From contig JAYODI010000079.1 of NCBI GenBank assembly GCA_038279365.1, positions 14,461-26,691 of the forward strand: a DNA stretch of 12,231 nucleotides, given 5' to 3'. Of this stretch, positions 8,326 through 12,231 are shown one piece after another; positions within the stretch are counted from its first letter, which is position 1; the number at the start of each line of letters is the position of its first letter. The notes beneath the pieces are model-generated. The model was not told the DNA's origin. It was given only the letters and a program-made list of their open reading frames with translations, and did no database searches. Source of the DNA: Candidatus Latescibacterota bacterium. Lineage in GTDB: Bacteria > Latescibacterota > UBA2968. The translations under genes and the position numbers were made by a program.

Positions 8326-8362
8326 AAAAAATACCCAGCGACCACAATCACTGGGTATTTTT
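8326..8362. terminator. Bidirectional Rho-independent terminator between convergent glcF and mmsA
   Basis: Perfect 12-bp inverted repeat AAAAATACCCAG (8327-8338) / CTGGGTATTTTT (8351-8362), giving T-runs on both strands. Confidence 0.85.
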
Positions 8363-8380
8363 AAATACATATTGAACTGA

Positions 8381-9853
8381 CTAAAAAAACTGTCGTCTGG
8401 TATCTAACCACCGGCTAATGGTCACTTTTTGTCGCGTAAAAAAAGCAATGCCTTCACTACCTTGCACGTGCAAGTCACCAAAAAAAGAGTTGTTCCAACC
8501 CGAAAATGGGAAAAACGCCATTGGTGCTGGCACACCGATATTGATGCCCACCATACCCGCATTCACCTCGTGCCGAAACTTACGCGCTGCCCCCCCACTG
8601 CCAGTAAACAACACCGCAGCATTGCCATATCCACTGGCATTACACCGTGCAATTGCCTCATCCAAATCGTCGGTGTGCATCGTAGAAAGTACGGGGCCAA
8701 AAATTTCCTCACGTGCAATGGACATATCAGGCGTCACCTTATCAAAAATGGTCGCGCCCAAATAATACCCATTGGGTGCTTCTTCAACCACCACATCACG
8801 CCCATCTACCCGAAGCTCTGCCCCTGCTTTTAAACCATTTTCAATATGTGCATGGATGCGATCCAAATGTGCCTTGGTCACCACAGGGCCCATTTGCACA
8901 TCGGGGTCACGATCTGTTGGGCCCACGCGAAACTTACGCGCAGTATCACACAGCGGATCTAAAAATCGTTCCCCTGCGCCTTCTGCACACACCAATACGC
9001 TGCCTGCCATACAACGCTCACCCGCACACCCATAAGCAGACCCCATCACCGCGGCAACCGTCGAATCCAAATCGGCGTCGGGAAGTACAATCAAATAATT
9101 TTTGGCCCCGCCAGCAGACTGCACCCGTTTGCCATTGGCCGTGGCCGTTTCATAAATGTATTTGGCCACAGGCGTAGATCCCACAAAAGACACCGTCTTC
9201 ACATCGGGATGATGCAACAAAACATCCACGGCTTCTTTGCCGCCATGCACAAGATTAAACACACCCGCTGGCAAACCCGCTTCTTCCAAAAGCTCGCCAA
9301 TGCGAATGGCACTCAGAGGTACGCGCTCAGATGGTTTCAAGACAAAGGTATTGCCACAAACCAAAGCAATGGGCAAAGTCCACATCGGTACCATAAATGG
9401 AAAGTTAAAAGGCGTAATGGCAACAGACACACCCAAGGGCTGGCGAATGGTATCACAGTCAATATCTCGAGCAATATTTTCAAGTGAATCACCCAATAGC
9501 AAATTGGGCGCACCACATGCAAATTCGGCCACCTCAATACCACGGCGCACCTCACCCTGAGATTCGGCCAATGTCTTGCCGTGTTCACGTGTAACCAACT
9601 GTGACAATTCGTCAAAATTTTCTTCCATCAAATGCACAAACCGAAACATAATGCGTGCACGATCAACTGCAGGTGTATTGGCCCAAGCAGGGTAAGCATC
9701 GACAGCAGATTGGATGACCTGATTCACCTCATCAACACCACACATGGGCGTGGCGGCAATTTGGGTGCCATCCGATGGATTGAACACGGGTGCGGTTTGG
9801 GTGGCAGATGAAGCTTGCCATTTGCCATTGAAATAGAGCTTTACGGTTTCCAT
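8381..9853 (-). CDS. mmsA: CoA-acylating (methyl)malonate-semialdehyde dehydrogenase (MmsA/IolA family)
   Basis: ALDH motifs 'ITPFNFP', 'LKPSE', 'SFVGSTPVA', catalytic Cys in 'AGERCMA' and 'EEIFGPV'. MMSDH-typical 'GGAKN' and 'GINIGVPAPMAFFPFSGW..SFFGDLH'. SD AAGGAA. Confidence 0.92.
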   Translation of the reverse strand: METVKLYFNGKWQASSATQTAPVFNPSDGTQIAATPMCGVDEVNQVIQSAVDAYPAWANTPAVDRARIMFRFVHLMEENFDELSQLVTREHGKTLAESQGEVRRGIEVAEFACGAPNLLLGDSLENIARDIDCDTIRQPLGVSVAITPFNFPFMVPMWTLPIALVCGNTFVLKPSERVPLSAIRIGELLEEAGLPAGVFNLVHGGKEAVDVLLHHPDVKTVSFVGSTPVAKYIYETATANGKRVQSAGGAKNYLIVLPDADLDSTVAAVMGSAYGCAGERCMAGSVLVCAEGAGERFLDPLCDTARKFRVGPTDRDPDVQMGPVVTKAHLDRIHAHIENGLKAGAELRVDGRDVVVEEAPNGYYLGATIFDKVTPDMSIAREEIFGPVLSTMHTDDLDEAIARCNASGYGNAAVLFTGSGGAARKFRHEVNAGMVGINIGVPAPMAFFPFSGWNNSFFGDLHVQGSEGIAFFTRQKVTISRWLDTRRQFF

Positions 9854-9876
9854 TTATTTTCCTTTAAGGAAGAACG

Positions 9877-10647
9877 TTAAGGCGTTGCTGGTGCTTCTAC
9901 CACGTCTGGTCGATTGCCCACACACGGAGGCATCAATATGCGTTTTTGTTGTTCGGTGAGCCCATCATAGTCATCGGCATTATAATAGTTTAGCGACCAA
10001 GATGAGTGACCTGGGCTAAATTTGTAGAGCAAGGCACGGCGTTCATGATCGCCCGCCCACGGCATCGTACCGTGGATTAGTGCTTCAGTGAATATAATCA
10101 CATCGCCAGCATCAACAGCAGGTTGACAAACATAATCGGGAATGCGATCAAAAGTGCGCACGTCTTTGGGCAAATGTGTAGCAAAGTTGCTTTTGTGTGA
10201 ACCTGGCACACAAGAAAAACCACCATCACCTTGTTTGGCAGGTGCAAGGTTATAGGTAAAAACAGTAAGCCCATTGCGCATCACGCCATCGCGATATTTA
10301 TACCAATGATCACCTGCGCGCCCCGTAACATGTTCAATGTCACCCCCATGCAAATTACCACGGTGGGCACCCTTTTTCATAAAGATGCAATAATCGTGAT
10401 CGGCACGAAACTTGGGGCCCAACAGCTCAAGCAAATAAGGCAAAATTTTGGGATGATCAAACAACGCTTGACAGGCTTTGTCCCACTTAGAAACATCGCT
10501 GGTACGTTTCACCTGGGTCTCATCATAGGGGCCACCAAATTCGCGATCGGCAATGGCATTAAGATTGGCCACTTCTTCGGGTGACAACACATTCTTAACA
10601 ATCAGATACCCTTGCAAATCAAACAAAAATTTTTCTTCAGACGTCAT
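9877..10647 (-). CDS. PhyH family Fe(II)/2OG enzyme with non-canonical HxG iron motif
   Basis: 'FDLQGYLIVKNVLS', 'LFDHPKIL', 'GGFSCVPGSHK', 'AGDVIIFTEALIHGT', 'ERRALL'. The first iron motif reads LHGG instead of WHQD. SD GAGAGGG. Confidence 0.88.
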   Translation of the reverse strand: MTSEEKFLFDLQGYLIVKNVLSPEEVANLNAIADREFGGPYDETQVKRTSDVSKWDKACQALFDHPKILPYLLELLGPKFRADHDYCIFMKKGAHRGNLHGGDIEHVTGRAGDHWYKYRDGVMRNGLTVFTYNLAPAKQGDGGFSCVPGSHKSNFATHLPKDVRTFDRIPDYVCQPAVDAGDVIIFTEALIHGTMPWAGDHERRALLYKFSPGHSSWSLNYYNADDYDGLTEQQKRILMPPCVGNRPDVVEAPATP

Positions 10648-10658
10648 AAAACCCTCTC

Positions 10659-12119
10659 TTAATGGTCACCGCCATGTTTGCGAAATGCAGGAGCTTCACC
10701 CGGAACGGGTGAATTATCAAATGCCCCCCGATTCAAAACCGCAATTTGCCCACCAAATGATTCTATCAACTGATGTTGATCTGCTTTGCACCGTGCATCA
10801 ACCCCTTCAGGATCGAGCAAACCACGCAGCTCCAGTTCAAAATATTCTAACACATGTTGGTTTTCTTCTGTGCCTGCCAAATCATGGCATTCATCAGGGT
10901 CTTGTTGCAAATCAAACAATTGAGGGCGTTCATGGACATAATACACATATTTGTATTGTCTGTTGCGCAACATATAGGCCGCGTGTTTGGCACCCACCGC
11001 GTGATATTCACTCAACACTTTGCGGTCATAATCATCGGCATTGGCAATGTCCCACAACGATTGGCCTGGCAAATCACCATCGGCCTCTGTGCGGTGTGCA
11101 CCCACGGCCTCCAATATTGTCGGAAAACTATCCACCAACGAAACAGGTGTATCCACCACCTTGCCCACCGGCACATCGGGCCCTGCCGCCAGCATTGGAA
11201 TACCAGCCGATTCTTCATACATGGTAAACTTGCCATAAATGCCACGCCCACCCAAATGCTCACCATGATCAGAGGTATAGATCACCCGCGTTTTGTCTGC
11301 CAAACCCAATTCGTCCAAAGCATCCAAAACCCGACCAATTTGCCGATCCAAATAGGTCACCACCCCATAATAAGCCGCATTCATTTGCCGAACCATCGCT
11401 TCGGGAAATTGCGGATCAAATGTAAAGAATCGCCTAAAATAATCCATAGCGGGATGATTAGGCCAATCTTCTTGTCGCCATTGGGGGGGCAGAGGCAATG
11501 TGTTGGCATCGTATAAATCAAAACAATCTTGTGGCGAAATATAAGGTGGATGTGGGCAAACAAAAGACAAAAACGTGGCCCACGGTTTTTCATCATTTGC
11601 ATGCTCGCGCAGCCAATTCACCGCATTGTCGGCATTGCGTTGATCGTATTGCAAATACGTCGAATCACCCGGCCCTGCATCGCTAATGCCCGAACGCTTG
11701 GCCCGAAAAGGCGTCTTCTCTCGAATACAACCCAACAAGTCGCCCACCCCATCAACCACATGAAGAGGTTCTACCTCTTGGCCAAATCCATGATCTGTAC
11801 CCTGTCCTTTAAAGTGCAATTTGCCAATCGACGTAGAAAGAATCCCTTGCTCACGCAAACGGCCATGCCAACTTGGCAAGCGTCCATCATAAGGATGGCC
11901 ATTGTCCCAATACCCTGTCTGATGCACATAACGCCCCGTGGCCAAAGAAGCGCGCACTGGCACACAAATGGGGCAATTGGTATAGGCATTGTTAAACCGT
12001 GTACCCCGGCTGGCCAAACGATCCAAATTGGGCGTTTGCACCACAGGATGCCCCGAACACCCCATGAGACGATAATTGTGTTGATCGGAAATGATATACA
12101 GCATGTTGGTTGGTTGCAT
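10659..12119 (-). CDS. Formylglycine-dependent (Cys-type) sulfatase, choline-sulfatase-like
   Basis: 'NMLYIISDQH', 'TPNLDRLA', active-site CxPxR 'CVPVRASLATG', 'GKLH', 'PHPP', 'YTSDHG', 'LFDLQQDPDE'. I placed the start at ATG 12119 (MQPTN), which has SD GAGGA upstream. No signal peptide. Confidence 0.9.
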   Translation of the reverse strand: MQPTNMLYIISDQHNYRLMGCSGHPVVQTPNLDRLASRGTRFNNAYTNCPICVPVRASLATGRYVHQTGYWDNGHPYDGRLPSWHGRLREQGILSTSIGKLHFKGQGTDHGFGQEVEPLHVVDGVGDLLGCIREKTPFRAKRSGISDAGPGDSTYLQYDQRNADNAVNWLREHANDEKPWATFLSFVCPHPPYISPQDCFDLYDANTLPLPPQWRQEDWPNHPAMDYFRRFFTFDPQFPEAMVRQMNAAYYGVVTYLDRQIGRVLDALDELGLADKTRVIYTSDHGEHLGGRGIYGKFTMYEESAGIPMLAAGPDVPVGKVVDTPVSLVDSFPTILEAVGAHRTEADGDLPGQSLWDIANADDYDRKVLSEYHAVGAKHAAYMLRNRQYKYVYYVHERPQLFDLQQDPDECHDLAGTEENQHVLEYFELELRGLLDPEGVDARCKADQHQLIESFGGQIAVLNRGAFDNSPVPGEAPAFRKHGGDH

Positions 12120-12139
12120 GAAAATCCTCATGAAAAGAT

Positions 12140-12231
12140 GTGAAACCTTTAAAAGCAGTGAAACGGCAAACGTGAAATGCCAAATGGAAAACCCTTAAAA
12201 CCTGTGAAATGCCAAACGTGAAACGCCAAAT
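12140..12231. repeat. 46-bp imperfect tandem duplication built from GTGAAAY/GSCAAAY heptamers; runs to the window edge
   Basis: Units 12140-12185 and 12186-12231 align without gaps at 38/46 positions (manual count). Each contains two copies of GTGAAAYGSCAAAY. Confidence 0.8.

Noticed and set aside
10659-12119. betC (choline sulfatase) gene symbol
   Set aside because: Only family-level resemblance; no bet genes or choline transporter are in the window to support the specificity.
10553-12183. Long antisense and alternate-frame ORFs over the sulfatase (10553-11227, 10854-11516, 11529-12143, 11992-12183) and similar ones over other genes
   Set aside because: They are shadows of well-supported genes, with no recognisable motifs and atypical composition.
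12140-12231. CRISPR array
   Set aside because: The 18-nt segments between the 28-nt cores resemble each other rather than being unique spacers, the cores are internally periodic, and no cas genes are visible.

Overview
This bacterial chromosomal window holds 10 intact protein-coding genes. I found no RNA genes, transposases or CRISPR array. A minus-strand operon encodes an M42/M20-like metallohydrolase, an Asp-box (BNR)/LamG protein and two PhyH-family Fe(II)/2-oxoglutarate dioxygenases. An atypical HU-family DNA-binding gene follows, with a consensus sigma70 promoter and its own terminator. On the plus strand, glcD-like and glcF-like genes (no glcE) converge on a bidirectional terminator with a second minus-strand operon: Cys-type sulfatase, third PhyH, CoA-acylating (methyl)malonate-semialdehyde dehydrogenase. 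The most notable signal is that the third PhyH has H-G-G where its two paralogues have H-Q-D, so it appears to lack the iron-binding carboxylate, as non-heme iron halogenases do. Three intergenic tracts of short-period (7-8 bp) repeats also stand out, including an inverted heptamer cassette and a 46-bp tandem duplication. All functional calls come from motif recognition by eye; no searches were run.
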